Origin: Escherichia phage vB_EcoM_CRJP21
Sequence record: OQ708376.1
Direction: 5' to 3' (one strand)
Length of the DNA: 64,000 bases
Part shown: positions 9,301 through 19,037 of the stretch, in pieces
Numbering within the stretch: the stretch's first letter is position 1
Layout of the letters: every line of letters starts with the position of its first letter
Translations under genes and position numbers: made by a program
Notes under the pieces: model-generated
Database searches by the model: none
What the model was told of the DNA's origin: nothing
What the model saw: only the letters and a program-made list of their open reading frames with translations

Positions 9301-9678
9301 ATGGTAAACACTATTTTACTTTTGTTGTTGAATATTCCAATTATTCTGTCTTTTTTAATTTCTATTTTTATGGCAGGATATTGTTTAGTTGCAGTAATTC
9401 ATTTCATTTTAACAAACAAATATGTCCTAATTTCTAAGCTTGATTCTATTTTTGCTTGCGATTCGATTGCTTATAACTTGTGGTTAATTTGTTCTTGCAT
9501 TATGGGAGTAACTTTCCTTCTGTATGTATTTGATGTCCTTGACCAAAAGTTCGTATACATCAGTACTGGATTGGCTCTTTATCCTGCTACGTGGTACTTG
9601 ATTTACGTTGGTGATATATGGTATAGTACTTATAAAGAATATCAGTACAAGAAATCACTTAACGTTGGAGGAAAATAA
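9301..9678 (+). CDS. membrane protein (125 aa)
   Basis: multiple hydrophobic helices. Confidence 0.5.
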   Translation: MVNTILLLLLNIPIILSFLISIFMAGYCLVAVIHFILTNKYVLISKLDSIFACDSIAYNLWLICSCIMGVTFLLYVFDVLDQKFVYISTGLALYPATWYLIYVGDIWYSTYKEYQYKKSLNVGGK

Positions 9679-9680
9679 TC

Positions 9681-10031
9681 ATGAAAATTATTTTATTTTT
9701 TGTATGTATGTTAATGTGTGGATTGTCATATGCTGAACCATTGGAAGGTTTAGTTTGTACAGATGGTAATATTAAACATATCTATCAAGGTGATAGTGAC
9801 GATCGAGATATTGTATATATTGATGGACAATCATATACGTTTGTTAAAGAGCATACAGTAGGCGACATTAGCTTCACTGAGTTTTCTAACGACACAGACC
9901 CTAACTTCTTAGCGTTTATTGAAGTAGATGTATATGAAGATAGTAATGGCACACAATATGCTAAATTAGTTATGATGCGTCGTGGTGCTAAAGAAACTAG
10001 TTTTGGTGGCTTGTGTAAATATAAGGATTGA
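9681..10031 (+). CDS. secreted protein (signal peptide)
   Basis: GGAGG RBS; N-terminus MKIILFFVCMLMCGLSYAEP. Confidence 0.55.
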   Translation: MKIILFFVCMLMCGLSYAEPLEGLVCTDGNIKHIYQGDSDDRDIVYIDGQSYTFVKEHTVGDISFTEFSNDTDPNFLAFIEVDVYEDSNGTQYAKLVMMRRGAKETSFGGLCKYKD

Positions 10032-10035
10032 TATT

Positions 10036-10227
10036 ATGTTGATTTATCAAAGTGATAATATTCGTGTTATGCAGCATCCCTACTTACAAATCTTTGATGT
10101 GCAGCAGTATATGGAAGGTGATGACCCAAGAACCTATGGTCGTAAGTATGATTACTTCACTGTAAAGCAGTGTAAAAATATTAACGAAGTACGACAATTA
10201 GTTCAAGAACTTCAAAACAAAGGTTGA
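10036..10227 (+). CDS. hypothetical protein (63 aa)
   Basis: ORF track 9982-10227; ATG 10036 after AAGGA. Confidence 0.45.
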   Translation: MLIYQSDNIRVMQHPYLQIFDVQQYMEGDDPRTYGRKYDYFTVKQCKNINEVRQLVQELQNKG

Positions 10228-10256
10228 CTTCGGTCAGCCTTTTTTGTTATAATTCT
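10221..10256 (+). terminator. bifunctional terminator/promoter element (GGTTGAC-TTCG-GTCAGCC + T-run; -35 TTGACT in stem, TATAAT downstream)
   Basis: 8 bp stem with UUCG loop and T5; TTGACT-N18-TATAAT. Confidence 0.7.
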
Positions 10257-10281
10257 CTTAATAAATTAGAGGATTTTAATT

Positions 10282-10722
10282 ATGTATGTATATCGTTTTG
10301 AACTTAAATTCAGTTACATTGAACCTAACTTAGAACCTGCACGAACTGTAGGTCCGTTTGCACGGTATTCAACCAGATACAGTACTAAAAATGGATTTGA
10401 CCGTTTGCTTATGACTACACCTTCTCAATTCCAACCTGAACCAACTGAGGATGGGATCTATTCAATCAAAAGTGGATGGGTATTTGGCTGTCAAAGTTTG
10501 AAAGATTTGTTCAGATTCTTCACTATGGACTTGGGTAAATTGCATCGTGCTGGGTTTGCTATATCTGTATATGAAGTTCCAGACCACCATGTAGACATTG
10601 GTCGTAATCAGGTTCAGTACTATTGCGGTAGTGCTAAATTAGTTCGTATCATGTCAGTTAAGGAAGCAAAGGATGAGTTCCGACAAAGTAAAAGAGAAAC
10701 ACATGAGGTAATATATGGATAA
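10282..10722 (+). CDS. hypothetical protein (146 aa)
   Basis: GAGGAT RBS. Confidence 0.55.
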   Translation: MYVYRFELKFSYIEPNLEPARTVGPFARYSTRYSTKNGFDRLLMTTPSQFQPEPTEDGIYSIKSGWVFGCQSLKDLFRFFTMDLGKLHRAGFAISVYEVPDHHVDIGRNQVQYYCGSAKLVRIMSVKEAKDEFRQSKRETHEVIYG

Positions 10723-11059
10723 AACTCAAATAGAATTAAAGAAATTTGTTTCATTCTATCTTCCTGATGACCCACGTAATTCACAAAAAGATATTGAATA
10801 TTATAATATCCTATCTAAACAGTTAATGAGAAAGTTTCAACAGTGTTTAACTATATTCAATACAGATGGAAGACGTAGATACCGAATCGTTTCAATGAAT
10901 GATGAAAACGCAAATTTCTTTGATTACGATGTAGTTTTTAGAGCATATAATGATGATCGTATAAAATTAAATTATGATCAAATTATACTTGACCTGAATG
11001 TTATATGTGTTATAATCACTCACGTAGCCGAACTTAATGGTTTTAAAGAATGGTATTGA
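10715..11059 (+). CDS. hypothetical protein (114 aa)
   Basis: overlapping start. Confidence 0.5.
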   Translation: MDKTQIELKKFVSFYLPDDPRNSQKDIEYYNILSKQLMRKFQQCLTIFNTDGRRRYRIVSMNDENANFFDYDVVFRAYNDDRIKLNYDQIILDLNVICVIITHVAELNGFKEWY

Positions 11060-11073
11060 ATAGAGGATAACAT

Positions 11074-11340
11074 ATGAAGCTTAAATTACAATATAATGGA
11101 TTTACTTTACGTAATGATACTGAATTTATTAATCGTTCTCCTGGTGCTGAACTGTTTTTACGAGAGATGAACATTCCTTTCATCATTACTACAGTGGGCG
11201 ACCGTGAAGTTCTACAATATGCAGAGCATCCGATTATTGATGTTCCTTGGTACTCTGAGCATATGTACATGGATATGGCACGTCGCTACAACTGTAAGTT
11301 CGTAGTTGAAGGTGATAAAATTACAGTCGAATTTAAATAA
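11074..11340 (+). CDS. hypothetical protein (88 aa)
   Basis: GAGGAT RBS. Confidence 0.5.
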   Translation: MKLKLQYNGFTLRNDTEFINRSPGAELFLREMNIPFIITTVGDREVLQYAEHPIIDVPWYSEHMYMDMARRYNCKFVVEGDKITVEFK

Positions 11341-11352
11341 GGTAAATTAAAA

Positions 11353-11646
11353 ATGATCAGTACTTCAGTTAATGAAAGCATCGTCGCTGACGTAGAAATG
11401 GTTAAAGAATGTGCAGATGAAACTCTTCGTGATATGTACATTAATGATTTAATTACTGAATACGGTAGTCGTGGTGTACACGAATTTATTCGTTTAAGTG
11501 GAGAGTTGATGAAAAATCGAATTCGTATGAAGCTTAACGTACATCCAAAAGCATGGGCATTTACATTAAAATACGCAGAAGATATTGTTAATTTGCGTCG
11601 AACTGAAGTATATGAACGTTTGCACAATGGTATGTTAGATAAATGA
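11353..11646 (+). CDS. hypothetical protein (97 aa)
   Basis: ORF in track. Confidence 0.5.
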   Translation: MISTSVNESIVADVEMVKECADETLRDMYINDLITEYGSRGVHEFIRLSGELMKNRIRMKLNVHPKAWAFTLKYAEDIVNLRRTEVYERLHNGMLDK

Positions 11647-11655
11647 TTGTAAAAT

Positions 11656-11685
11656 AGGAATTCTTAAATGAATTCCTTTTTGTTT
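11656..11685 (+). terminator. intrinsic terminator (AGGAATTC-N-GAATTCCT + T-run)
   Basis: perfect inverted repeat followed by TTTTTGTTT. Confidence 0.65.
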
Positions 11686-11698
11686 ATAAGGTATAGTA

Positions 11699-11920
11699 AT
11701 GAAATATATAGTACTTGTACTGATATTATTCAGTACTGTTGTAAGTGCTAAACAAAAAGAATATGTTAAATGTATAAATTATGAAGAGAAATATGTTGAA
11801 ACATATAAAAAAAGTATAATTAAAAACGTTTCGATTACTAACAGAGCAACAATCATTGTACTTAAAAATGGGTTAATTATGCTATATAAACCACACGTTA
11901 AATGTGAAATTATTAATTGA
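11699..11920 (+). CDS. secreted protein (signal peptide)
   Basis: N-terminus MKYIVLVLILFSTVVSA. Confidence 0.5.
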   Translation: MKYIVLVLILFSTVVSAKQKEYVKCINYEEKYVETYKKSIIKNVSITNRATIIVLKNGLIMLYKPHVKCEIIN

Positions 11921-11927
11921 GGAAATT

Positions 11928-12500
11928 ATGAATCGTAAAGGTCGTTTTAAAGTATCAAAAAAGAACAAAAGTTCTAGGTTTAAACCTATTGTTTTAACAG
12001 TTAAATCTAACAAAGATTTAACTGCACTTAGTAAAAAGATAATTTCATCTAAGATTGAAGTATCATACGTAAATTCATTAAAATATATGAATGTCAAACC
12101 ACTGGACCAACTCATTTCACTTATATTTGAACGTAATGATTTTGAGATATCAGTAGATGATTATAGAGCCTATAATGCTGGTTTCATTAATGTTACTTGT
12201 AATAAAAAACTAACTGAGTTGGAAAATTTGTCATGTATAATAAATCTAGATAAAGGTGTTGTGAAGTACCATTTTGTACATTTCACTAATATCAATAATG
12301 GAATGGGTGTACAATCCAGACCTATAGTGCCTACGTGTGATGTTACTAAATTAGCAAAGCTCAATGATGAAGAATATTTTCAAGAAAGCATTGTAACTGA
12401 GCATTTAGATGATATAATAGCTACTTACAAAGAATGCATATGGGTGTTGAATGCTATAAAACCTAAATTGTGTTTAATGAATATTGTTCGTGATTTATGA
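11928..12500 (+). CDS. hypothetical protein (190 aa)
   Basis: ORF track 11904-12500; ATG 11928 after GAGGAAAT. Confidence 0.5.
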   Translation: MNRKGRFKVSKKNKSSRFKPIVLTVKSNKDLTALSKKIISSKIEVSYVNSLKYMNVKPLDQLISLIFERNDFEISVDDYRAYNAGFINVTCNKKLTELENLSCIINLDKGVVKYHFVHFTNINNGMGVQSRPIVPTCDVTKLAKLNDEEYFQESIVTEHLDDIIATYKECIWVLNAIKPKLCLMNIVRDL

Positions 12501-12513
12501 ATGGGGAATCGTA

Positions 12514-12957
12514 ATGAGTTGGGTAAATGTTAATAGTATTGAACTTAACGAACAAGATATTTTTGCATTTGTAAATTTAACTAATAACACAGTACTAAAA
12601 GGGCGTTTGTTCAGTGCTAGTGATGGGTACAAATGGATCTCTTTGATGGATGATAGTGGTGTGATTTATAATGTAATGCAATTACCCCAATGGGTATATA
12701 GTAACACTGCTGACGATGTTCTTACCGCAGTTATGCGTGAGTTTGAAAAACTCCCAGGTGGTGATATCAAAAACAAAGTTTTTAATGCAGAACGTAAAAA
12801 TTATACAGCACAGCAATTGGAATCCCTTGCCATTGCTGCTTATCAAGCTGCTATTAAGAAGCCAGAGTGCGTTATTCTTAAGTATGTACCAGACTTAAAA
12901 CTTACGTTGGAAGACATGGATGCATTCATTTTTACATCTGAACTTGAACAGTACTAA
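12514..12957 (+). CDS. hypothetical protein (147 aa)
   Basis: ORF track 12484-12957; ATG 12514 after GGGGAATCG. Confidence 0.5.
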   Translation: MSWVNVNSIELNEQDIFAFVNLTNNTVLKGRLFSASDGYKWISLMDDSGVIYNVMQLPQWVYSNTADDVLTAVMREFEKLPGGDIKNKVFNAERKNYTAQQLESLAIAAYQAAIKKPECVILKYVPDLKLTLEDMDAFIFTSELEQY

Positions 12958-13072
12958 TTTAACTTTGGGACAACCATTCTTATTATGATATAATGTTTTA
13001 TGTCATTCGATATAAATGACAACGGAACTATAAATATTATAGTAAAATTTATCTCTTATAGGAGTTATAAAA

Positions 13073-13456
13073 ATGGTTGATAAATGGAATAAGAAAGATC
13101 CATCACATGATGTTGATATTTCTGGTCTAGACAATGCACATAAGCACAAGTATCTAGATTCACTAGGTCTTCTAAAACCAGACCAAAGTCTTGCACATGA
13201 TCGTCCATCCCGTGAAAAAGCATTTAGCCTAGAATCACTAGGTCATGAGCTTAATCGTGTGTTTGAGGATCACCCAATCTATGTACGTGATATTATCGAG
13301 AAACTTAAAGTAACTCCTAAAGAGCACTTTAAAGCAACTGTACACTCTGCATTCCGTGCATTGCATGATTCTCTAAAGAAAACTCACAATCTTCGTAAAA
13401 TTCATGATGAAATCGTGAATGCAATCGAAAGTGAAAAACATAAGTTCAAGAAGTAA
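13073..13456 (+). CDS. hypothetical protein (127 aa); shares LDSLGLL motif with 13727-15214
   Basis: AGGAG RBS. Confidence 0.55.
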   Translation: MVDKWNKKDPSHDVDISGLDNAHKHKYLDSLGLLKPDQSLAHDRPSREKAFSLESLGHELNRVFEDHPIYVRDIIEKLKVTPKEHFKATVHSAFRALHDSLKKTHNLRKIHDEIVNAIESEKHKFKK

Positions 13457-13461
13457 TAAAA

Positions 13462-13496
13462 AGGGGTTGACTAAGGTCAGCCCTTTGTTGTATCAT
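13462..13496 (+). terminator. bifunctional terminator/promoter element (variant loop TAAG)
   Basis: GGGGTTGAC-TAAG-GTCAGCCC + T-run; TATCAT downstream. Confidence 0.6.
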
Positions 13497-13525
13497 AACT
13501 TCTCAATATAACTGAGGTATCATAT

Positions 13526-13639
13526 ATGCAAGGTTTGAAATTTGTAGTTGCTGCACTCATCGCCGCAGTTCTGGTTGGTGGTGTATTCTATGTAGTGGAT
13601 CAAAAAGTAAATCCACCTGCACAAGAACAATCTAAGTAA
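13526..13639 (+). CDS. small membrane protein (37 aa)
   Basis: TGAGGT RBS N7 ATG; single hydrophobic helix; flanked by terminator/promoter elements on both sides; below ORF-track size cutoff. Confidence 0.4.
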   Translation: MQGLKFVVAALIAAVLVGGVFYVVDQKVNPPAQEQSK

Positions 13640-13646
13640 CAAAATA

Positions 13647-13680
13647 AGGTTGACTTCGGTCAGCCTTTTCTTTATACTAT
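13647..13680 (+). terminator. bifunctional terminator/promoter element
   Basis: GGTTGAC-TTCG-GTCAGCC + T-run; TATACT downstream. Confidence 0.65.
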
Positions 13681-13726
13681 AAATATAGTCATAGAGAAAA
13701 AAATGAAATCTATGGAGAGAAATCAA

Positions 13727-15214
13727 ATGCCAAGTAATTTTACTGATAAAAATGGTGGTAACATGGCTGGTCACTCTGATAAATGGAGTGAACGCAACCG
13801 CCGTCCAAATAGTTATCAAGCAGGTCAAGGTTCACGTGGGTCACGTAACCAAGGAACTGGTCTAGCTGGTAAAGCAAACGCAGAAGCAGGTGAAGTTAAG
13901 AGTACTGAGAACATGACTGAGCTAGAAAAGCTACGTTATGTTAACTCATTAGGTCTTCTTAACGCAACACAAAAACAACGCCTTGCTGATATGGAACGTG
14001 CTGAGAAAGAACAAGCAGTTCCTAAAGAAGAACCAAAAGCAGAAGTACCTAAAGCTGCTAACCCTGTTAAAGAGTTATCAGATAACTTAGGTAAGATCTT
14101 TGCTAACAAACCACAGTTGATTCAGGGTATTGTCAAAGCACTACAGGCAGTTCCTAAAGAAGAACTCAAAGGTAAAGCACAAGCTGTACTTGATGTAATG
14201 AAAGGTAATAAGAGCACTGAACCAACTGAAGTATTCAGTACTATCATGCGTGCACTTGAAGGTACACACAAAGAAGATTCCAAAGAACCTGAACAGGGTG
14301 AAGCAAGTCTTGATGGTATTCTTAAAACTTTTGATAATATTGGTAAAGCAGACCGTGCTAATGCCCAGCAAGTCAAGAATGTACTGGCTAAACTTGAAAA
14401 CCGTTTAGAAGGTAAAGACAATAAGGTTAAGCTCGTATCAGATGCAGTTAACAGTGCACTTAAATCTTATGTACAAGGTGAGAAAAGTCGCTTCGTAACA
14501 GCTATGGATGCTGCATTCAACACTATGAAAAAGTATGAAGCAGAACATGGTGAGAAGGTAACACCAGATGGTTATCTAAAGCGTGCAGATGAAGAGGGTG
14601 CAGTTGAACAGAAAGATGTTGAGCCTGAGCAAGAAGAAATACCTGATACCGTTGATATGGATGGATACATTCATCGTCCTGAGATGGAAGAGTTTGGGTC
14701 AGATAAAGAAGGTTTTGAACATGCAATGGCAGTATATAAAGCATTAGTTAAAAATCCAGATTATGCTAACCGTTTTGTTGACGAGTTTGATAGTGCATGG
14801 AATAACTACAAAGAGAAAGGTTATGACTTCCCTGCTGAAGCTGCATTCTTTGAACTTGGTAAACTATTAGCTAAACATGGAATTGACGTTGGTTCATCTG
14901 ATTCCGAAGGTATGGAAGAAGAACATCTTGAAATGACCGATAAATCAATTCATGAACTTCAAAAGCTAATGATGTGGATATCCGAGATTGGCAAAAAAGC
15001 AGGTGCTGATCGTAAAAGTATCAACAAAAACATTAGTTGGATTAAAGATAATGTTGGTAACAATGCTCGTAAACTTCAAAAGGCGTGGGCTGATTTAGTA
15101 AATGGTGCAGATGATGTTGACATTGAATCACCAGAAGCATATGAGTATGCACTAACTACACTTGATAACTCATTCAAAGAGTACGACAGTGGTGTTGGAA
15201 AGGATAAAAAATAA
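13727..15214 (+). CDS. large acidic Lys/Glu-rich protein (about 495 aa), unknown function
   Basis: ORF track 13703-15214; ATG 13727 after GGAGAG; low-complexity acidic composition. Confidence 0.55.
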   Translation: MPSNFTDKNGGNMAGHSDKWSERNRRPNSYQAGQGSRGSRNQGTGLAGKANAEAGEVKSTENMTELEKLRYVNSLGLLNATQKQRLADMERAEKEQAVPKEEPKAEVPKAANPVKELSDNLGKIFANKPQLIQGIVKALQAVPKEELKGKAQAVLDVMKGNKSTEPTEVFSTIMRALEGTHKEDSKEPEQGEASLDGILKTFDNIGKADRANAQQVKNVLAKLENRLEGKDNKVKLVSDAVNSALKSYVQGEKSRFVTAMDAAFNTMKKYEAEHGEKVTPDGYLKRADEEGAVEQKDVEPEQEEIPDTVDMDGYIHRPEMEEFGSDKEGFEHAMAVYKALVKNPDYANRFVDEFDSAWNNYKEKGYDFPAEAAFFELGKLLAKHGIDVGSSDSEGMEEEHLEMTDKSIHELQKLMMWISEIGKKAGADRKSINKNISWIKDNVGNNARKLQKAWADLVNGADDVDIESPEAYEYALTTLDNSFKEYDSGVGKDKK

Positions 15215-15223
15215 ACATTTAAA

Positions 15224-15260
15224 AGGTTGACTTCGGTCAACCTTTTTTTGTAAATATAAA
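15224..15260 (+). terminator. bifunctional terminator/promoter element (perfect stem GGTTGAC/GTCAACC)
   Basis: UUCG-loop hairpin + T7. Confidence 0.7.
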
Positions 15261-15285
15261 AGAGGAATTAAGAAGAGGGATTACA

Positions 15286-15537
15286 ATGAAAAAATATATT
15301 ATATTTGGAATTGTATTATTTTCCAGTACTAGTTATGGTGCAGATTATCATTGCTCCGTAGCAAGACAGGATTTCAGAAATGGGGATTTCTATACCACTT
15401 CATACACAAAAGGAATAATACACGACATCGACACAACTATTGGATTTAATGCATTTGATAACAAAGATTCATATACTTCAGGTATACTATCTGAGCGTAA
15501 GACTGATGTAATGGGAATAGAAAAAGAGTTCCGGTGA
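15286..15537 (+). CDS. secreted protein (signal peptide)
   Basis: N-terminus MKKYIIFGIVLFSSTSYGA. Confidence 0.5.
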   Translation: MKKYIIFGIVLFSSTSYGADYHCSVARQDFRNGDFYTTSYTKGIIHDIDTTIGFNAFDNKDSYTSGILSERKTDVMGIEKEFR

Positions 15538-15547
15538 TTCAGTAGCA

Positions 15548-15871
15548 ATGTGCAATGACATTGAAAGTACTAAAACAATTTATTATAATAATGAACGTAA
15601 TTATCGTTTTCATAATTTAACCACAAATAAAAGTTTACTATTTTACAATTGTAAAGAAGTAAAACTCCCACCCGACAATAGCTGTAACCCGACGAACCCA
15701 TCACCAGCACAATGTAATACTCAATCTGAACCTGATAACAATAAAAAAGACAAAGATAAAGATAAAAAAGAAGACAAAAAACCTTTAAAAGATAAAAAGA
15801 AAGATAAAAAACCTAATCCGTTTAAAAATAATAAACCAGCACAACCCGATATGACGTGTAAAATAAAATAA
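15548..15871 (+). CDS. Cys-containing protein with Lys/Asp-rich low-complexity tail
   Basis: ORF in track; weak RBS; KDKDKDKKEDKK repeat. Confidence 0.3.
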   Translation: MCNDIESTKTIYYNNERNYRFHNLTTNKSLLFYNCKEVKLPPDNSCNPTNPSPAQCNTQSEPDNNKKDKDKDKKEDKKPLKDKKKDKKPNPFKNNKPAQPDMTCKIK

Positions 15872-15880
15872 GGATATATA

Positions 15881-16300
15881 ATGAAAAAGATTTTTTTAAG
15901 TATTATTTTAGTACTTTTTAGTTTTAATGTATATGCAGCAGATGCTAAACAGGTTGCAAATACAGTAAAAGATGTTATAGTAGATAATGCTCCTACATTA
16001 GAGGAAATTGGGGTAAAAACTTGTGATATAGTAATATATAATTTAGTTAATGATGAACGAGTTATGTTGAATACGTATGAACAAGTAGTCCCATTGGTTG
16101 AATCTGGTGATGCTTTTAGCTTTACATATAAAGTTAAATTAACAGGAGGGGTTGAAGTTAATCTTGACATTGATACCGCTTCAGTACTAAAAGATAAACT
16201 AGGATATGTGTTCAATCGTATTCGTGAAGAAGGTCATCTTAAGTATGTTTATGAAAGTAAAATACTAAAACGTGCAATAGTTATAGAAAACTGTAAATGA
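15881..16300 (+). CDS. secreted protein (signal peptide)
   Basis: N-terminus MKKIFLSIILVLFSFNVYAADA. Confidence 0.55.
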   Translation: MKKIFLSIILVLFSFNVYAADAKQVANTVKDVIVDNAPTLEEIGVKTCDIVIYNLVNDERVMLNTYEQVVPLVESGDAFSFTYKVKLTGGVEVNLDIDTASVLKDKLGYVFNRIREEGHLKYVYESKILKRAIVIENCK

Positions 16301-16307
16301 TAATAAA

Positions 16308-16340
16308 AGGGTTGACTTCGGTCAGCCTTTTTTGTTATGA
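16308..16340 (+). terminator. bifunctional terminator/promoter element
   Basis: GGGTTGAC-TTCG-GTCAGCC + T6. Confidence 0.7.
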
Positions 16341-16369
16341 TGTTGATATTAACTACAGAGGATAAAGTA

Positions 16370-17011
16370 ATGACTAAGCAAGAAATATTCAAAACTTTAA
16401 TTGACATTTTGCGTCCATCAAAAACTCGTTGTGCGATGGAGTTTGATATTCCTTATGCTGAACGCGTAATCTTTCCACAAGTTAAAGCTGCTGGACTTAC
16501 TTTGCTTGGAATGGGGATGTACTCTGTAGTAGTTGAACATAAAAACTATCCTGGACGAGCATTTAAAGTAACCACTTCACGCTGGGATGGTTTTCGTGCT
16601 TATGCAAAGTACTGCATTGAAAACGCAGGAACCAAGTTTCTTCCAGTGATCTACAGTGCCAACGAACAAGGAAACTTTGGATGGTATGAGATGGACAAGT
16701 ACTATCCTATAATTAAACAAAAAAATAATTATGATGACTTTGTTAGTACTAAAATTGGAGATTTGTATTCGTATGCACATGCTGGTCAGTACGCAACTTC
16801 AGTGAATGATATGCGTGGAAATTCTGAAGAGATTGCTATTGCAACGGTCGCTGCTAACATCATGAAAGAGTTTCACGGGCGTTTTGTACCAGACATTCAT
16901 TCAAGTAATGTGATGATGGATAAAGATGGGAATGTATTCATTACTGATCCTCTTTCGTGTGATGTGCGTAGAGAAATACCAATTACTGAAGAAGATCCAG
17001 TTTTTTATTGA
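16370..17011 (+). CDS. hypothetical protein with possible kinase/phosphotransferase-like motif (DIHSSNVMMDKDGNVFITD)
   Basis: ORF track 16337-17011; ATG 16370 after GAGGA; motif-level resemblance only. Confidence 0.5.
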   Translation: MTKQEIFKTLIDILRPSKTRCAMEFDIPYAERVIFPQVKAAGLTLLGMGMYSVVVEHKNYPGRAFKVTTSRWDGFRAYAKYCIENAGTKFLPVIYSANEQGNFGWYEMDKYYPIIKQKNNYDDFVSTKIGDLYSYAHAGQYATSVNDMRGNSEEIAIATVAANIMKEFHGRFVPDIHSSNVMMDKDGNVFITDPLSCDVRREIPITEEDPVFY

Positions 17012-17072
17012 CAGAACTGATGTTCTGATGTATTCTTAATAAACCATAAAAATTGCGGTAAAGGATAAAATC

Positions 17073-17354
17073 ATGCGTTCATTTGAAAACTTAATAGGTA
17101 AGCATCTTTTATCTGAAATTGATGCAGACGTTAAAGAATTATCCAAATCAAAAAGTTACATTCATTTGGATGAACTGTTTGTTAAGTACGGTGAGATTGG
17201 TTTTAAGTCATTATTTGTTTTTACTATGAAAGTACATAGTTTAAAGTACTTCGATTTGAGTGCTAAAGATGGTGAACCGAATCTATATTACATGTATTAC
17301 CTTAAGAACAAAGATGAAGCTAATACATTACTCTCTGAATATATATTGGGGTAA
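17073..17354 (+). CDS. hypothetical protein (93 aa)
   Basis: AGGA RBS. Confidence 0.5.
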   Translation: MRSFENLIGKHLLSEIDADVKELSKSKSYIHLDELFVKYGEIGFKSLFVFTMKVHSLKYFDLSAKDGEPNLYYMYYLKNKDEANTLLSEYILG

Positions 17355-17356
17355 AA

Positions 17357-17695
17357 ATGGAACAATATTTTGAATTAATAAACAAAGTATCATTTTATGT
17401 AGTATCTTTGGTTTGGGTGTATTATATGTTTTGCTATATTATTGCATTCTTCCGATACACTACTTTATATGAACGTATCTACTATGATGCCCCAATTTCA
17501 TTCTTGATGTTTTGTGCCTGTACGTGGGGAATATTAGAAGTACTGATATGTGGGTATAGTACTGATGAATTAAATCTGGTATCGGTGTTGACTGGGTTTT
17601 CATTTGTTGTTATGATAGCTGCCGTTCCAGTATGGTTGTTCTTTGGACTAGTTCATCGCATTGATATATGGCGTTCTAATATCCCTGAAAAGTAA
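17357..17695 (+). CDS. small membrane protein, paralog family member (array A, 1 of 3)
   Basis: hydrophobic helices; C-terminal R-x-N-[ILM]-P-[EN]-[KRE] tail shared with 10 other ORFs. Confidence 0.55.
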   Translation: MEQYFELINKVSFYVVSLVWVYYMFCYIIAFFRYTTLYERIYYDAPISFLMFCACTWGILEVLICGYSTDELNLVSVLTGFSFVVMIAAVPVWLFFGLVHRIDIWRSNIPEK

Positions 17696-17704
17696 GGATT
17701 GGTA

Positions 17705-18046
17705 ATGATTTATTACACTAACATGTTTGCCTATGCTGTTGCTTGCATTTACATTGTTTACTTCTTATTCGGTGGAGTACTGTGCTTCTTTAAGTACAAA
17801 ACGTTGTTCAACCGAATGTACCCAAATCATCCAATTGTAGTTGTACTTTTGATTCTTTCAGTTTCTCAAATAATCGTTGAAACTACAATGGGTATCAGTA
17901 GTGTACATTATAGTTTTGGTACTATAGTAATTATTACTATGCTTATTGCATACATTTTAGTACTTGGATATGGTATCTTTGGTAATATTGGTATGAAAAT
18001 GTATCATCGAATTAAAACATTACGTGATAATCTACCGGAGCGTTGA
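17705..18046 (+). CDS. small membrane protein, paralog family member (array A, 2 of 3)
   Basis: ATG 17705 after AAGGA; C-terminal tail RDNLPER. Confidence 0.55.
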   Translation: MIYYTNMFAYAVACIYIVYFLFGGVLCFFKYKTLFNRMYPNHPIVVVLLILSVSQIIVETTMGISSVHYSFGTIVIITMLIAYILVLGYGIFGNIGMKMYHRIKTLRDNLPER

Positions 18047-18047
18047 T

Positions 18048-18392
18048 ATGTATAATTTGAACCTAATCTCATATATTATAACAACACTGTTTACATTCTA
18101 TGCCTTTGTTGGTATAATCCTACTGTACTTTAAATTTTATAAAGTGTTTAACCGTTTCTATCCTTCAATGGAGAATGAGTTTTTCTTTGTGTTGTACGTA
18201 GGTTACACATTAATGGCTACATGTTTCACTGTAGCCGATGGTGTCATCGGCATTAAAACTGATTCCCCAAATGGTAGTACGCTGGTTGCATTTATTCTTA
18301 CTGGATTCCTTGCAACTTATATTGCCTTCATTACAACATGGTCAGTGGTTGAATTTCTCTTGCGACTACGAAAGAATATGCCGAATCGATAG
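18048..18392 (+). CDS. small membrane protein, paralog family member (array A, 3 of 3)
   Basis: ATG 18048 after GGAG; C-terminal tail RKNMPNR. Confidence 0.55.
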   Translation: MYNLNLISYIITTLFTFYAFVGIILLYFKFYKVFNRFYPSMENEFFFVLYVGYTLMATCFTVADGVIGIKTDSPNGSTLVAFILTGFLATYIAFITTWSVVEFLLRLRKNMPNR

Positions 18393-18401
18393 GAGACATA
18401 T

Positions 18402-18656
18402 ATGTTTGCGTTGCGTAATAAAAACACTAAAGAATTATTATGTATTGATACCGTATGGGATTGTGCGGGGTCAACTACAGTTCTTGAAGAAGGAACTGGA
18501 TATTGCGTGTTTGTTGTACATGATAGGAATGAACTCGAATTATTACTTGCTGAGTTCAATGCTGGTGGTAATCCTAACAGTACTGAATACCCTGAGATTA
18601 TCAATCCAGCACCACCAGGCTCTTATGAAATTCTACAACTGTGGGAGTTGAAGTAA
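18402..18656 (+). CDS. hypothetical protein (84 aa)
   Basis: GGAGA RBS. Confidence 0.5.
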   Translation: MFALRNKNTKELLCIDTVWDCAGSTTVLEEGTGYCVFVVHDRNELELLLAEFNAGGNPNSTEYPEIINPAPPGSYEILQLWELK

Positions 18657-19036
18657 TGCGTCAAATGCACAAAGTAACCGAGCTAAACAAGCGTCTGGTT
18701 AAACAATCAATGTTCGAGGATAAAGAGTCTTATTATAACTTTAAACGTGCAGTAGAGGCTGCTATCCACATTCAGAAGCTTAAAGAACGTGGTTGTATTA
18801 TTCTGGAAAATGGTTCGGAAGTTGTAACGGATGACTTTAGTGTAGCGTTTGATGTTTCACCTGACGGGACGCTATCAATGCCCCGCTTAGGAACTGGAAA
18901 CATGACTGTTTGGGTTGGCTTCACTATGGGGAATGTACCTGGTACTGTGTACGTAGATGATGCAGAATTGAAAGACAGTTTCAAAAACTTATCTTATCTT
19001 GAACCACAATACGCACATGAAATGAATTTATTTTGA
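18656..19036 (+). CDS. hypothetical protein (126 aa)
   Basis: ORF track 18641-19036; ATG 18656 after GGAG. Confidence 0.5.
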   Translation: MRQMHKVTELNKRLVKQSMFEDKESYYNFKRAVEAAIHIQKLKERGCIILENGSEVVTDDFSVAFDVSPDGTLSMPRLGTGNMTVWVGFTMGNVPGTVYVDDAELKDSFKNLSYLEPQYAHEMNLF

Positions 19037-19037
19037 G

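Noticed and set aside
14122-14421. Minus-strand ORFs inside the 495 aa acidic protein gene
   Set aside because: Antisense to a long well-supported + strand ORF; composition typical of antisense translation.
15721-16215. Minus-strand ORF of 164 aa
   Set aside because: It overlaps + strand signal-peptide genes 15548-15871 and 15881-16300 and is low-complexity Ser/Leu-rich in antisense; shadow ORF.
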